This document shows, in pieces, positions 39,790-53,370 of a stretch of DNA of 64,000 bases. The notes under the pieces are model-generated. The model was not told where the DNA came from. It worked only from the letters and a program-made list of their open reading frames with translations, and searched no databases. Within the stretch, counting starts at the first letter, position 1; the number at the start of each line of letters is the position of its first letter. Location of the stretch: assembly GCA_028023455.1 (NCBI GenBank), contig JAQFVV010000005.1, forward strand, positions 17,422,001 through 17,486,000. The letters run 5' to 3'. The translations under genes and the position numbers were made by a program. The stretch comes from Epiperipatus broadwayi. Taxonomy: Eukaryota; Animalia; Onychophora.

Positions 39790-41120
39790 ACAACTGTACC
39801 ATTCTTTCTTATTTACAAATGCTTGCATCAATTGATCAGATTTTACAACGCATATTAAAGTCAAACTTCACTGAACAAAATTTAGATAATGTTTTAATCA
39901 TTTGATAATTTTACAGAAATATTCAGATTTGTGAGATATAATTACAACTTTTGTTACCAATTATATAAATATTAATATAAGGGGTGAAAGAAATAATAAT
40001 GGTAATAAATTTACAAGTCTTATATATTTCTTCAAGGATATATGTTGTAGGAAGTATAAGATTTAAAGAAGAACATTAGGTAATTGTTTAATATAGATGA
40101 AATATCCAATAATCGTTTATTTATTAAAATTCAGTGTTGTTTAGTTTATCATATGAGGATGAATTGAACAGTTAGTTGTTTAAAAAAATTAGGTGACATT
40201 TGAACATCAAGAATGATAGACTAAACTTCTATCAAAAAATCTTGTCTTAGTGCAGTGGTAGAGTGACAAACTTAACAACTAATGATTCTTGGATCAAAAA
40301 AGTCAATCTGTCATCTCTGGTACTTGAATATTACAAGATCTCATAATTATTTTTTTTACTAGGATAAATAAAGCATTCTTTGTGTTTTAAGTGGAACTCA
40401 GATAAGCCTGGAAAAATTTTTAATATAAGGTTTAATTTTCAGTAACTATTGTTCAAACAACAAAAAATGTCATATTTTCAACAATTTCAATCTCCGACAA
40501 TAGTATCAATTTGTTTTCCAAAACAAATAATTTTTAGCAATATGAATTAAAATAGACAATTTCTATTCAAAACAAACTGATTATCACAACTATTGTTTGG
40601 ATGCAATAGGGAAGTTGTCTTTCTGCAAATTTCCAATTTATGTGCTATAGTGTAGGGATAAATGACAATTACGTTGGATCACATTTTTGTTATATTCCTC
40701 AAAAACATTAGTTCAACTTTCCACTAATTATGTGATTTAGAAATTTTTTTTTTTGTTTATAAAATTATGCTATTTGTATTTATTAGTCGGAATATTCTCA
40801 TATAATATGATCTCTCAAATTTTAAAATGATGTTCTAGTTTCCATCAGTTTGCATTACATTTGTGTCAAATAATACATTTCCATGACTGCCTGGTTAATC
40901 ATTTTTTATTGGCTGATAGTATTTTACTGCTTGATTTTATAAATTTTATTGATTAATAATTTCTCAATCTAATTGGATAGCGGTAGCATTCTTCTGTATA
41001 GGTTAACAATGGCATTCTATTATGTAGTTACTCAATATTATTAATTGAAAGTAGCATTTTGCTTAGTCACTCAATCTGATATGAGTTGAGAACTAGATAC
41101 ACTAGATCCAGATCTAATCT

Positions 41121-41160
41121 CCTCACTGATGAAGACTATAAATCAAAAACTATATGGGGG
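41121..41160 (+). repeat. Decayed family B hammerhead
   Basis: cctca CTGATGA agactataaatca aaaa ctata tgggg aligns with the 12648 motif; GAAA and triplet lost. Confidence 0.5.
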
Positions 41161-41800
41161 AATAGGGATAAGATAGGACTGAACATAGATTTAATAAATA
41201 CTGTTATCTAATAGCAATTGATTACTCAAACTCACAATAGATAGCAATAATGGAGTATAAAAATAGAATAAGTTTCTGTAAATGACCATTTAGCTGATAA
41301 TTTCATTTGATCAAACTCTTTTCAGACTTGTTAGTTTAGGTATCAACAATGAACTCTAATTTAAATTTAATTGTTTTTGATATATAAAAGTCTAAAATGA
41401 ATGTACAATGAATTTATTATCAAATTATAATTATATGACTTCCGTTGTTACAGAAAAATGAATAATACTAAAAATAGAACAAAAATCTTTTTGAAAGATT
41501 ATGAAGTTTAAAATAGATTTATAGTTACAGAAACTAGATTATGCAAAAAAAAATTTTCACAACATTTAAATATTTGAATGCAAATTTATAAATTATAATA
41601 ATAACAATATATTTTCCATAACAGAAAAATTAAAATAAAATTAAGTTTTTTTTTTTTTTTAAATCTTTTTGGAAGAATCATCATAAAGAATAAAAATAAC
41701 TTTTTAAAATACATGCACAGATAGTTAAGATATTTTTTTGAATAAAAGATATTTAAAAAAAAAAAACTGTCTGCATCATTTTTAATAAAACTAATTTTAC

Positions 41801-41905
41801 CTATTGCAAAGTCATCTTCCAAATCAGATTTGGATAGTGTTTCTTCGTCCACTTCCTTAATCTCTTCAAGTTCACCCATTATTAACCTCAAAGGTTGCAA
41901 ATTGT
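41801..41905 (-). CDS. RIMBP2: RIM-BP exon (phase 1-1): acidic linker DNLQPLRLIMGELEEIKEVDEETLSKSDLEDDFAI
   Basis: tgtttgcag acceptor, GTAAAA donor, 105 nt frame-preserving, acidic composition, phase-compatible on both sides. Confidence 0.72.
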
Positions 41906-42536
41906 CTGCAAACAATAGGGGCATCAGAGTTTAGCTAACTGCAACCTTTACTCTGACGCATATTGTTAAAGCAAAATAAAATAAGAAAGCTAATTGCTAA
42001 AAATAATCATGCACAAAAAAAAAAAAATAAAACAAACAAAAAAGCAAATACAGATAAAAAAGAAAAAAAAAGAAAATAATTGGATATAGAGTTAGCAATT
42101 ACGAAAGCATAACGAACATTCACGTTTTTAAGATATTACGTTTATGGATAACCATAACTGGGATCACGAACCATAAGCAACGGTAAGTAATAAAAAAAAT
42201 GAAAGAAAGAATGTTAAAAACAGATCATTTTGATTATATAATAAAGATATAATATTAATGCACAAGGTAGTACAAAAAGGTTATTCTTTAATTAAATGGT
42301 AAAACTAATACTTGATTAAAAAATATATATTTAACTTAATACCACTGTTAACAAACTTTTTAACAACCACAATAAAAAAACTTTTTTCTTTAAAATATAT
42401 ATGTCTTATAAACTATAATGTTCTTTTCATTGAATCCAATCAAATTATATACTCTCTTTTCTTTTTAAAAACTTTATTTCTTCTCATCAAATCATATATA
42501 TCTAACTTTCCTATATACTCTCCTCACATATACTTC

Positions 42537-43265
42537 TGTTGTATTTTGTAAAAATTGAATGCAAGTTTGTGCACTCCAGAAAAACTAATATGTATTCGAG
42601 AGGTTGTTTTTAGATCATGCACTGACAACTGAGGAATTTAATTAACACATTAACGTAATGGCGGACAATGCGATTAATTGCTGCAGTTATCAGAAAGCTA
42701 CAAAAACTGTTAACAACTACATGAGGCAGTATTTGAATAACAATTACGCAGGGCAGTATAGAGAGTATTTGAGGCAGTATTCGTGTATCTCCAGTAGACT
42801 TCCTGTTCAATTCCGGTAGGAGAAATCTCACGGCAGTGCTTTCGGTTAAGGTCCAGCGTTCAGTGGAAATGTAGTTCACGGGTATAGCTGGAAAGCGCTC
42901 ACAGAGAACGGGAGACCGTAGCCTGAGGAAACCGTCTGGATAGCAGCTGAATAAAGAGTTGAGTTTCCAGTGGTTTTCAAGTGGAGTTACTGGTAGACTG
43001 TTGCAGAGTCGGAAGCTGTAAGGAGCTTAAGATCAGTCGCAGTGCTTACTACGAAGAGTTCGTGGGCAGCTAAACTGGACTGGGGCTAAGGTATGCGTAA
43101 ACGTAGCCCATTGTGATGAGTTTTTGTAGCAGCCAGCCTGAATGAACATCGAGGGAATTGAATAGTAGCGAACTGTAGAGATAGAGTTGTTGCAGACTAT
43201 TTGTTATTCTGATTACTTAAAAACATTGTGTCTTAATGTATATAATTATACATATGGATACATCA
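42537..43265 (+). mobile_element. Solo LTR, copy 3 (729 bp), nested in a PLE tail
   Basis: TGTTGTA...TACATCA, 5-bp TSD acttc. The 5-bp TSD and TGTT start suggest BEL/Pao or Copia (not resolved). Confidence 0.88.
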
Positions 43266-44547
43266 ACTTCAATGCAATTTTTATATAGTTCCTCCTTTAT
43301 TTTCCTTATATGAGGAAAGTACATAGAAAAGTTTGATATATATGAATGCAGTATATGAAAAAAAAAGCAAAGAAAGTGAAAAGGAGAAGATAAGAGTAAA
43401 CCATATATACATATTCACATCTTTAAACACCTAATACTTCTACCATTTTTTTATGTAGTCAAGAATCTATAAAATTACATATATATATCCATCATTATTA
43501 CAAATAAAATTAATATATAAAAATATATATACCCATATCATAAAAAATAATAACATTTCCCTTTAGTCTACCCATACACCTTTTTTATATATATATTACA
43601 TAATATAATCCATATTTTTCTTTTTCTCCAAACTTTTTCCTTTTTTTACATACACATTTCTTTATATACATAAAAAATACCAATAATTTTCTTTCTTTTT
43701 GTCCTTTTTATACTCTTAACCAATTAATTTAAATCAATACCTTTTTAAATAATTTCAATTTGTTTTTGTTTTTATCTATCTTTTATACAATTCATCCTAT
43801 TTAAGACAGGTTTTTCTCTTTTTATAAATAAAATTTCTTTTATCATTCCTTTTTTTTTTTTAATTAATTTTACTTTTTCTAACATTCTCATCTTAAAATC
43901 TGTGTGTACAAATTCTTTACTATCTTTATTAATATTTGAATTTCTATCATTCAAATGTTGTTTTAACCTTGTCCTTAATTTATTCTTTGTTGTGCCCATA
44001 TATGATACATTCCTTTTTTTTTTTTTCCAATCTAAACATTCAATCCTATAAATTCCATTCATGTTTCTATATTCCTATTATTTTTTGTTTCTTTTATCAC
44101 ATTTCCTAAATTAAATTTATTTTTGTATACTGGTTTCAACAACAAATTACATTCCTTTCTATATTTGTTATTTATATCCTTCATAATTTTTTTAATTTTT
44201 AAAAAAATATTTTTTGATACATTATAACTGCTATATATAATTTCCTTCTTATCTTTCTTTTTATTCAAATTCCAAATAAAATTATTAATAAATTATGTGG
44301 AAAGAAAAATATTAAAAAAATAAAAAAGAATTTGAATAAAAAAAAAGATATATAGCAGTTATAATGTTGAATAAAAAGAAAGATATATAGCAGTTATAAT
44401 GTATCAAAAAATAATTTTTTTAAGATTAAAAAAATTATGAAGGATATAAATAACAAATATAGAAAGAAATGTAATCTAGTTTTGAAACCAGTATAGAAAA
44501 AGAAATTTAATTTAGGAAATGTGATAAAAGAAACAAAAAATAGGAAT

Positions 44548-44792
44548 TGTATTTTTATATTGGACTATTTACATCATTTAATATGCGTATTGAATGTCTT
44601 TAAAAAATTTTTATTTTATTTAAATATTCCAAATACATTCAACTGTTAATAATAGCACATCAAACAAGTTAGTATATGCACAATGTTTCAAAAAGTATTA
44701 TTCTCCACTTTTCTTCAGGTGTTGCTGGTCTGATAGAGACAGTACTAGTATGGGAATACAACTAGAACAACACCATTATCACAAACCTTCAG
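44548..44792 (-). mobile_element. 245-bp insertion nested in the PLE plus arm, with HHR-like relic at ~44678-44725
   Basis: 13-bp TSD aaaaaataggaat (44535-44547, 44793-44805); site uninterrupted in the mirror arm; minus strand CAC-CUGAAGA-AAAGU...ACUUUUU-GAAACAUU-GUG. Confidence 0.68.
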
Positions 44793-45974
44793 AAAAAATA
44801 GGAATGTATAAAATATGAATGGAATTTATAGGATGGAGTGTTTAGATTGAAAATGGAGATAATAGGAATAAATTAAGGACAAGGTTAAAACAACATCTGA
44901 ATGATAGAAATTCAAAAGTTAATATACATAGTAAAGAATTTGGACACATAAATTTTAAGATAAGAATGTTAGAAAAAGTAAAATTATATAATAAAAAAAT
45001 GATAAAAGAAAGTTTATATATAAAGAGAGAAAAACCTATCTTAAATAGAATGAATTATATTAAAGACAGATTAAAATAAAAACAAATTTAAAATGGTATA
45101 AAAAAGCTATTGTTTTAAAGTAATTGGTTAAGAGTATAAAAAGGACAAAAAGAAAGAAAATTATTTGTATTTTTAATGTATATAAAAAAATGTTTATGTA
45201 AAAAAAGGAAAAAGTTTGAAGAGAAAAAAAAGAAGTAAATGTGGATTATATAGTGTAATATATATGTAAAAAAGATATATGATAGATGAAAGGGAAATGT
45301 TATTGTTTTTTATGATAAGGATATATACATTTTTATATATTAATTTTATTTGTAATAATAATGATATAAATATATAATTTTATAGATCCTTGAAAATAAC
45401 TACAGAAAAAAGTAGTCAAAACATTGGGTGTTTAAAGATGTGAATATTTATATATTGTTTGATGCGAAAAAAAAAGTTTTTAAAATGAAAAGTACATAAT
45501 TTGATTGGATTCAATGAAAATAACATTATACTTGATTAAAATAGACAATAAGGAAGAATAACTTTAATCTATCAAAGTACAGATATGCTTTTTAAGACTG
45601 ATAGCCAAATATATTTTTCATGGTACTTTGGTATTAGATCTGCAACATGGAGCATGTATTAGACCTACTGTGTCTGTTCTCATTCATATCAATTCGCTGA
45701 TAACTTTGTAATCTTGTGATCTGACCAAAATAATGTGTACACCGATATTGTACACAACTTTTTTGGCCAAAAAAGAATATCTACATGAATCTTGTACTTG
45801 GTATTTTGGCAAGATTTACACAGTTATAGGAAGGTTGATATGAATGTGAACAGGTGCAGTAGTTCTAATATACGCTCAGTGTTGCAGGACTAAAAATAAC
45901 TAAAAGTAAAAAAATAGTAAAACATAATAAATATATATATCATTTTCAATAAAAAATGCATTCAAATATGTAAG

Positions 45975-46680
45975 AGTTTCAAATATGTAGGACTTTCAAC
46001 AGTAGCAAGTTTCAACAGAAACAACTTTTAAGAATGAAATAAAAAAAATATTGCAACTTTCAACACTAACTACTTTTAAGAACGACATTTGAAATAAAAA
46101 AAATGTGATTTGTGATCTTACAATAATGATGCCATTAATCAAAAAAAAGTGTTACTTTAAATATGCACTAAATAAACAGTAAATGATTTTCATTTTTAAG
46201 TAATTTATTAACTATATTCCTATGATACTTACCATGTAATATATAACAGAAATTTACGTGTCAAAACCAAAGTTTTCACATATAATGTTACCACAGAAAA
46301 TGGAGATTTACTATGGTGAAAATTTTCCCTCTGAAAATGTACCACCTGATTGCAAAGTATGCTGGGATTTTCATACAAGTGCTAATAAACATCGAATATG
46401 TATGAGTTTCAAATATGTACGACTTTCAATATTAACAAGTTTCAACAAAAACAACTTTTAAGAATGAAATAAAAAAAAATATTGCGATTTTCAACAGCTT
46501 TTAAGAATGACATTTGAAAAAAAAAAAAAAGCAACTTTCAATTGTGACTTAAATGACATTTGAAAAAAAAAGTGACTTTCAATACTAACAACTTTTAAGA
46601 ATGACATTTGAAAAAAAAAATGATTTGCAATCTTACAATAATGATGCCATTAAAAAAAAAGATTGCGTGGATAAAAAAAA
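45975..46680. repeat. Degenerate internal tandem-repeat array
   Basis: gagtttcaaatatgta.gactttcaa block twice (45975, 46386); ttttaagaatgacatttgaaaaaaa subunit about four times. Confidence 0.65.
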
Positions 46681-49600
46681 ACATGTTTTGTCATGTATAC
46701 TCGCAGGGATTATTTTCTTTCAATTTGATGTCATCACGACATTATACATTTATTGTGGATGTGAAAAGGCCTCTTATCTCCCCTACATTGCAGCCTTAAT
46801 ACCAAAGTACCTTTTTTATTTGTATAAATAAATCTCAATGTAGTATTGAAATAACTGAATGTACATTTTATTTTAAAAAGAATAAATTTAATATATATAT
46901 AGATGCACATATAAAATACTTGTAAACATTAAAATTTATTAATAAAATGGTCATCACAATTCATTATATATATATGAGTATGAAGTATCTGATCTTGCAA
47001 AAATTTATAAGTTGATGTTGATCTGATTTTTAAAAATTAATTATAATTCACAATCATTGCATATAAAGATGGATAAAAGACAAGCAGGCTTTAAATAGCC
47101 TAATGCTGGACAAAGTCATCTTCAGAACTTTTCAGAGAAATGGCAAAAGAGAAATTTGTGTTTGCCAAGCTTTCTGCTTGTCAGGTGGTGAGAGATTAAG
47201 CAATTTTCCATTATTGTATTACTCTCTACATATAAACAGACATCCATTCAGAGTTCACCAATGAATGATCTGCTAAGATGGAAAAAGCTTACAACCTAAA
47301 AACAAAAAACCCATCCTTATCAAAAAAAAAAAAAAAGGGGATTTAACTCCAATTTCTTTTAAATATATTGAGACAAGTATTGTCCTCTTTATTGTTCTAG
47401 AAGAAATTAATATAAGAATCCACCAACCAAATTTTATGCAATTTGATATGAAGAATTTACCAAAATTTAAATATATTCAAATGTTATAAGCTGTGTTAAG
47501 AGAGAGATGAGCAATGGCTAACTGCTGCTTATAACTATAATATATTATTTGGTATTACCAATTTCTTGAAACTATGTTTTGAAATTCTCACCTAATGAGT
47601 GATCTCCTTATTTTCTCTTTTTTCACACCTCATTACTATATGATGGATGCACACACACACACATATATATATAATGTGTGTACAAAACAAACGTAAGTAA
47701 TTATTGCAGAGAAAATAAATTTCCAGGATTACTTCATCAAAACACAATAAAATTTTACTCTTCCAAGAAAGTCAACTATCCTTTAGTTAAGAATATAAAG
47801 ATAACCATTTACTGACTAATAACTGAAGGCTAAAGTTCTAATCTTGTTTACAAATCCTCAGCTATTCAAAAAGATTTTCAAATTTAACATGGATTTGGAT
47901 ATCAAGGCATTGAAATGAGCAAGTAAATTAGATAACCATTATTTAGGCCAGAGATAATCTCTACTTTAATAAATTTTATATGATCATTAATATATTGACC
48001 AAAAGTGGATGGATTGGTATCAAAGTTGTGTATGCAGGAAAGTTTAAAACACTTGTAAATCATAGACAAAAAATATTACTACTTTTCTTTCTAATTAAAA
48101 AAAGTACACAACCTTCAATCATATTACTGTAAATCTATATTCAGCAACGGTCATCATATTTCTCTAAGATAATCAAAAACATGAAAATCTCTTGAATTAT
48201 CTAAGATCAAAGTGAAAAATCCTTAAGTTTAAATTTCTGACAATATATGACCAAAGTTGCTATTGCTGTGGAGGATTAAGAAAATGCCAGAAAAAAAATT
48301 ATTTTGCTACCAACTGTTTTCTTTGCTATGAATTATGGGTTTTGATTTTACCAGTCTGCCATTTGACTCTCATATGCTGTTTATGATCTATCCCATTCTA
48401 CTACAACCAAACTTTTCTATCCACTCATGAATTGTTTTCTGACAATGCATTTTACATTAAGAAAAAAAATTAACAAGAAACCTAAATAAAGCAATCTTAT
48501 TTACAGAAGAAACAATTTATAGATCAACTAAATCTAATTAAAAAATACATGAAATATTAGAAATCAGACGACTAGTTACATTTTGGGAATAATAATTTAA
48601 TATAAATAATAAAGTTGAAAATGGCAATTTGAATTAACTAAAAGCATGCTAGTAAAAACAGATTCTACAAAACTAGTTATTAACAATTTATTATATATAT
48701 ATAAGTAAAAACATATACAATTACATCCGTACATAGCCATCTTTAATATTTTAATCAGAAGACTGATTTTCAATAGAAATTAGTAGATAATGGTTTTCTT
48801 CAAAACTTGAATGTTAAAAATTAATAAATTAAGTAAATAAAGTATTAAATGAGTTTTTAACATTTAACTTTTGAAGGATGCATTTTGATGAAATTTCTAA
48901 TGAAAAACAATCTTCTGGTTGAAATATTATAAGTGGCTGTATAGAGAAGTAATTATGTTTGTTTTTATTCATTTATATATTTCCTATAATTGGTTTATAT
49001 ACTTCTTACTGTTTCATATACAATTATATAAGCAATACATTATAAAGATATATCTTATAATATTATTAACAGAGATATTTAAGCCATTAGCCCATGATGG
49101 TACATAATAGCCAAACTCCGAATTATATCAATTATTGAGAAACCCCAACATCACTGATCACTTGATACCTATTTTGATTTGTGTTTGGTGATGTTTAGGC
49201 TAGGTACAACTGATAAATGGCATTCCTGTAAAATAGTCCTATGAATCTTGTATTATCATAATTTACAATTTGATTATTATAAACTATCTTATATTAGTTA
49301 AATAGTGAGATAATAGAGGATGTTAATAATATATTTATATATGTATATCTCAAATATATTTTGTATAATTTGAGTTTACCAATGCTAAAGTTATCAAATA
49401 ATTTAGATTGACATTTAAATCAAATTGATGTTTATTTAAATCTATTAATATCATTTAATTCAAATCTATTAATATCATTTAATTCAAACAATTACTTTGT
49501 AAACCATTAACAACTAATATTCATATAATATTTCTAAGTTTTTAGAAAGTAGATGTGGAAAGCTCTTTTAAAGCAAAAACAATGATTAACAACCTAATTA

Positions 49601-51503
49601 TATGTTTATGAATCAGATCATATATCATTAAAGGGCAGCAGAAGGTTTTTCAAAACAAACATCTGTTATTGATAATAAAATAGAGGATAAAAATAAATCA
49701 GATATCAATAAAAGCAAAATAAGATAATGGCTTTGAGGACTTAAAAATAAAGTAAGTATATCAAATTCAGATAAATTGCAACATTGAAAAAAAAAAGCCA
49801 GGTAAGTAATAATCTTTAAAAATGAGTAGGTGGTAATGATACAACAGAGACTTTGTAAAAATTTTGTGTGAAAACTATGCCATTGTGGGAAAAATTATAT
49901 AACAGACTAAAAATATATATTGTCATAATTGCACTAAATAGATGTGAAAAACTTGTTGGTGTAAAAGCAGCCCATATTAGAACAAAAGAGATCTAAATTG
50001 ATTAGTTACTGAGAGCTGGAAAAAACAAGAATAGTCTTCTTCAGCACCATTACAATAATTAATAAAATTCACAGTATTAAGAATATAGTGTCAGTGAAAA
50101 AAAAAAAAATCTTTGTGCGATAATTTACAACTCAAAAAAAAAAAAAAATCTAAATGAGAGGATTGCTATATGTGCTGTTGGGTAAGAATGAACAGTCATG
50201 CATAAAATCTCAGTACCACATAAGAGATCACCTTAGAAACTGTTCACAAACACTTTCCAACACTATTACTCCGGATTACTTTGCAACCAAACAGGAATAG
50301 TTTCAAAAATATAAACACTAATATAATGAGTGGAAATTCTAGGCATTTTATTTGACACGTTGAATTCAATCTTAAAAAAAAAAAAAAGAAACAACCTTTG
50401 AATAGCCATTGCAGAGCAAAAGCCTTTTCAACATCCTCCCGTCCACCACCATCATAGATAAAAAGAATAACAGAGAAGACTACTCATCAGGCTTAAGAAT
50501 TGTTGAGTTGAATTCGACCCCAAGTCAAAGATATGAAAAAAGCATGACTACTATAAGATCCCTTAATTTAATAAATTTAAGGAAATCAGCTTTTAAATAG
50601 GTTATGCATAGAAGAAGTCTTTCCAAGAATCCCTCAATGAGAAAAGGTGAAGAGAAAATACTCAAAAGACTACAAATAGCCATGTGGTAAAAGTTTGAAT
50701 GATTTTAACTTTTAATTAAGAATAGCTGAATAGCCAATTATTGCTCAATATTGGATTATTTGCTGGACTAACTATAGACAAATTATCCAGAAAAAAAAAA
50801 ACTAAGACTTTTGACAACATATCGTAGGGATAGCAATCAAATGCACAACAATTGCACTATGAGGTCCATTCTTACAATGTAATGTATCGTATAAGAACAA
50901 ATCTTTATGTAAAAACCGTAAAGGTAAATCATGAGAATCAGCATAAGACCTTACTTCAAATTTTTAGCATGAATGCTTTTAGATTTATCTTTCTTTACTC
51001 ACATGGATAGTAGGATTTCCGAATAATCAGAAATATGTCACAAAAGCTCTAATAGGAGTAGTACTATGTCAATATTTAATCTAGTGATATTTAATAGGAC
51101 AATGCTTGATGCAGAGTATATTATACCTATACCAGCCTGTGCAAAAAAATAAGTTTAGGATATAGCCAGTCAACAATTGAAACAATGTACTTCTGATAAC
51201 ATTATCCATTAAATACCCATTTTATGTACAAGCCATTATTTCTTGCCATACAGATACAACAAATCACTAATGCATTGTATCATAACTAATTTATCATACA
51301 AAACTCTACTATAAAACCTCATGTAAGTTACATTTTCTAAATGCTGTGACAAAGGCTTTTGAATAGCTGAAACTATCTGTTATTTTTGAAAATTTGGAAT
51401 AATAAAATATTGCATTTGCACTGAAGAGAGTGTTACTATCATATGTTTATATTAATAAGTTGTCAGTAATAATTTAGAGATATACCAATGAAAAATCAAA
51501 CTA

Positions 51504-51546
51504 CTCACTGATGAAAACATTAAACCAGAAACTAATCTGGAGATAT
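51504..51546 (+). repeat. Decayed family B hammerhead
   Basis: ctca CTGATGA aaacattaaacca GAAA ctaatc tggag atat; stem II destroyed by G->A changes. Confidence 0.6.
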
Positions 51547-52439
51547 GAATATATAGCATTATTATCTAGTGTCATTTTTATTAATAATTGGGTTAATAAA
51601 AGATGATAGTGGAGTAGAGAAGAGAAGTGCATCTGAAAGTATTTAAGATTATGTAGAAATGGTATTCTACTGGGATTTATCAAAAAGTATGTTATGCTTC
51701 TCTTACAAAAATATGAGGTATATAAAATAATTTGTAAATGAATGATAGTGTCTGTATCAACATTTGGAAATGACACAATTTATATTGGCCAGGGAATTCA
51801 GAAATTTTTAGCAAAATACAAAAAAAAATGTAGGTAGTTATAAACTTAGTGGGGAATTACAAATAACAAATGAGACACTTTTGTGTTGACCAGGGAACTC
51901 AGAAATTTTTAGACAGGATTCAAAAAGAATTAAATACATATGCACTGAACTATGAATTTTGGATAGTAAATAAGACTATTCATGATTTTAATAAAGGAAA
52001 TAAATAATAAATAAAAAATGTTTGAAAGGTTGTGATATATGAATGAAAACAGATTAATAAAAGTAGTGTTTTATTAGGCAACAAACACATAAGTAAGATT
52101 CTATAATATGCAAAGTAAAAAATGTTATAGATGTATACAGAAAGTATTATAGGGACATTGTTGAGAAATATAAAAAGAGGTTAGCTAATTAGAAAAAAAG
52201 AACGAAGAGTTATGAAAAAGAAATAGGCAAAAACAAAAACAGTTTGGAGTTATATAAAAATTATATAAAATGTGAAAGCATATATGATAAAACTAAAGGG
52301 ATATTATTGACATTCAGTGCAAAGATAGGAGATTTTAATTACTTTATAAAGCAAGTAAAAAGAGAATAGAAGATTTGGACTATGGATGTAGTTTAGGTGG
52401 AGATGGGACAGAGAGCAATGAAGTTTAATTTTTGAGTGT

Positions 52440-52665
52440 AAGATGTTTATTATTCTTATCTTCTCCTATTCATTTAATTTGAATCTTTCTTCATATATAT
52501 TAAACTTTTCATGCAATTTTTATATAATTCCTCCTTTATTTTCCTTACAGTTAATGATGAAGACTTGCAGGGCAGTTGAAACTGTAAGGAAAATAAAGGA
52601 GGAATTTTATAAAAATTGCACAGAAGTGTATATGAGGAGAGTATATAGAAATGTTTAGTATAAGA
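52440..52665 (+). repeat. Isolated 3' tail of the second PLE family with HHR relic inside a ~40-bp hairpin (52512-52620)
   Basis: Matches the reverse complement of 42505-42536 + 43270-43400; centre UGAUGA-AGACUUGCAGGGCAGUU-GAAACUGUA-AGGAAA. Confidence 0.68.
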
Positions 52666-53224
52666 TATTAAATAAGAATGAGAATAAATTATATGGAGAA
52701 AGGTAGAAAGATATAGGAGTAAAAAATATAGATTTTTAAAATTTTATTTAGATCTTTATAACAAAATTGAAAAATATAAGGAAAGGATAGCAAAACTATT
52801 AAAAATGAGATAGAAAGATAAAACAAGAAAATGAATCAAAGCTAGAGAAATGATTAGATAATAAGAAATAATAAGTAGGTAAATTTATTGTGATATAGAA
52901 TGATTCTGAAAGAACTTAATTTGGCTATTAGAATTTGTGGTCATATACCCTAAGCATAGAAACTTTTGGTTTCAATTATGAAGCCAACTTTACATCATAT
53001 AATCTTCTTTGCGGGGGGGGGGGGGGGTATTTATGGCAAGGTTGATAAAAAGACAGCAGATAAAAAAAAATAGTAATGTAATCCTTTTTGAATATCATCT
53101 ACATGCAGATGTTTATATAGACTATATATGTTACCAAAATCACACTTTTCTTTATGTTTGCCGTAATATCATATAAATACAATTTATACAAACTTCAAAC
53201 ACTTTTTAGCAAACTTTATTTGTA

Positions 53225-53270
53225 CATACACCTATGTTTCGACTGACCTGCAGTCTTCTTCAGAGCTATG
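53225..53270 (-). ncRNA. Mirror hammerhead with two CpG-type changes (ACAU-AGGUG)
   Basis: Reverse complement of 53325-53370 except CGTAGGCG->CATAGGTG. Confidence 0.7.
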
Positions 53271-53324
53271 ATTAAGGTTATTCTGATCTTCTAAATAAAA
53301 AAAAAAGATCAGAATAACCTTAAT

Positions 53325-53370
53325 CATAGCTCTGAAGAAGACTGCAGGTCAGTCGAAACGTAGGCGTATG
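53325..53370 (+). ncRNA. Type I hammerhead, best-preserved copy in the window
   Basis: CAUAGCU-CUGAAGA-A-GACUG(CAGGU)CAGUC-GAA-ACGU-A/GGCGUAUG; intact core, 5-bp stem II, ACGU palindrome, stem I with one bulge. Confidence 0.82.

Larger units (their letters stand above)
42322..45527. mobile_element. Second Penelope-like family, inverted pair (minus arm ~42322-44290, plus arm ~44345-45527), with two nested insertions
   Basis: GIY-YIG remnant 43772-44062 (GIYRIECLD...SYMGTTKNKLRTRLKQH) mirrored at 44810-45075; 14-bp TSD atacttgattaaaa at 42308-42321 and 45528-45541; ~90-nt extra tail on the left arm. Confidence 0.8.

Noticed and set aside
42090-42190. CpG-containing patch ending in plus-strand GTAAGT (antisense exon?)
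   Set aside because: No acceptor, promoter or partner exon found.
45975-46680. Repeat array as CRISPR-like or satellite system
   Set aside because: Irregular degenerate units without unique equal-length spacers; eukaryotic context; typical internal repeats of a non-autonomous TE.
50020-50055. CTGAAGAAGAC (minus), plus similar words at 27765, 34808, 50485 and 55925
   Set aside because: No correctly placed GAAA or closing stems.
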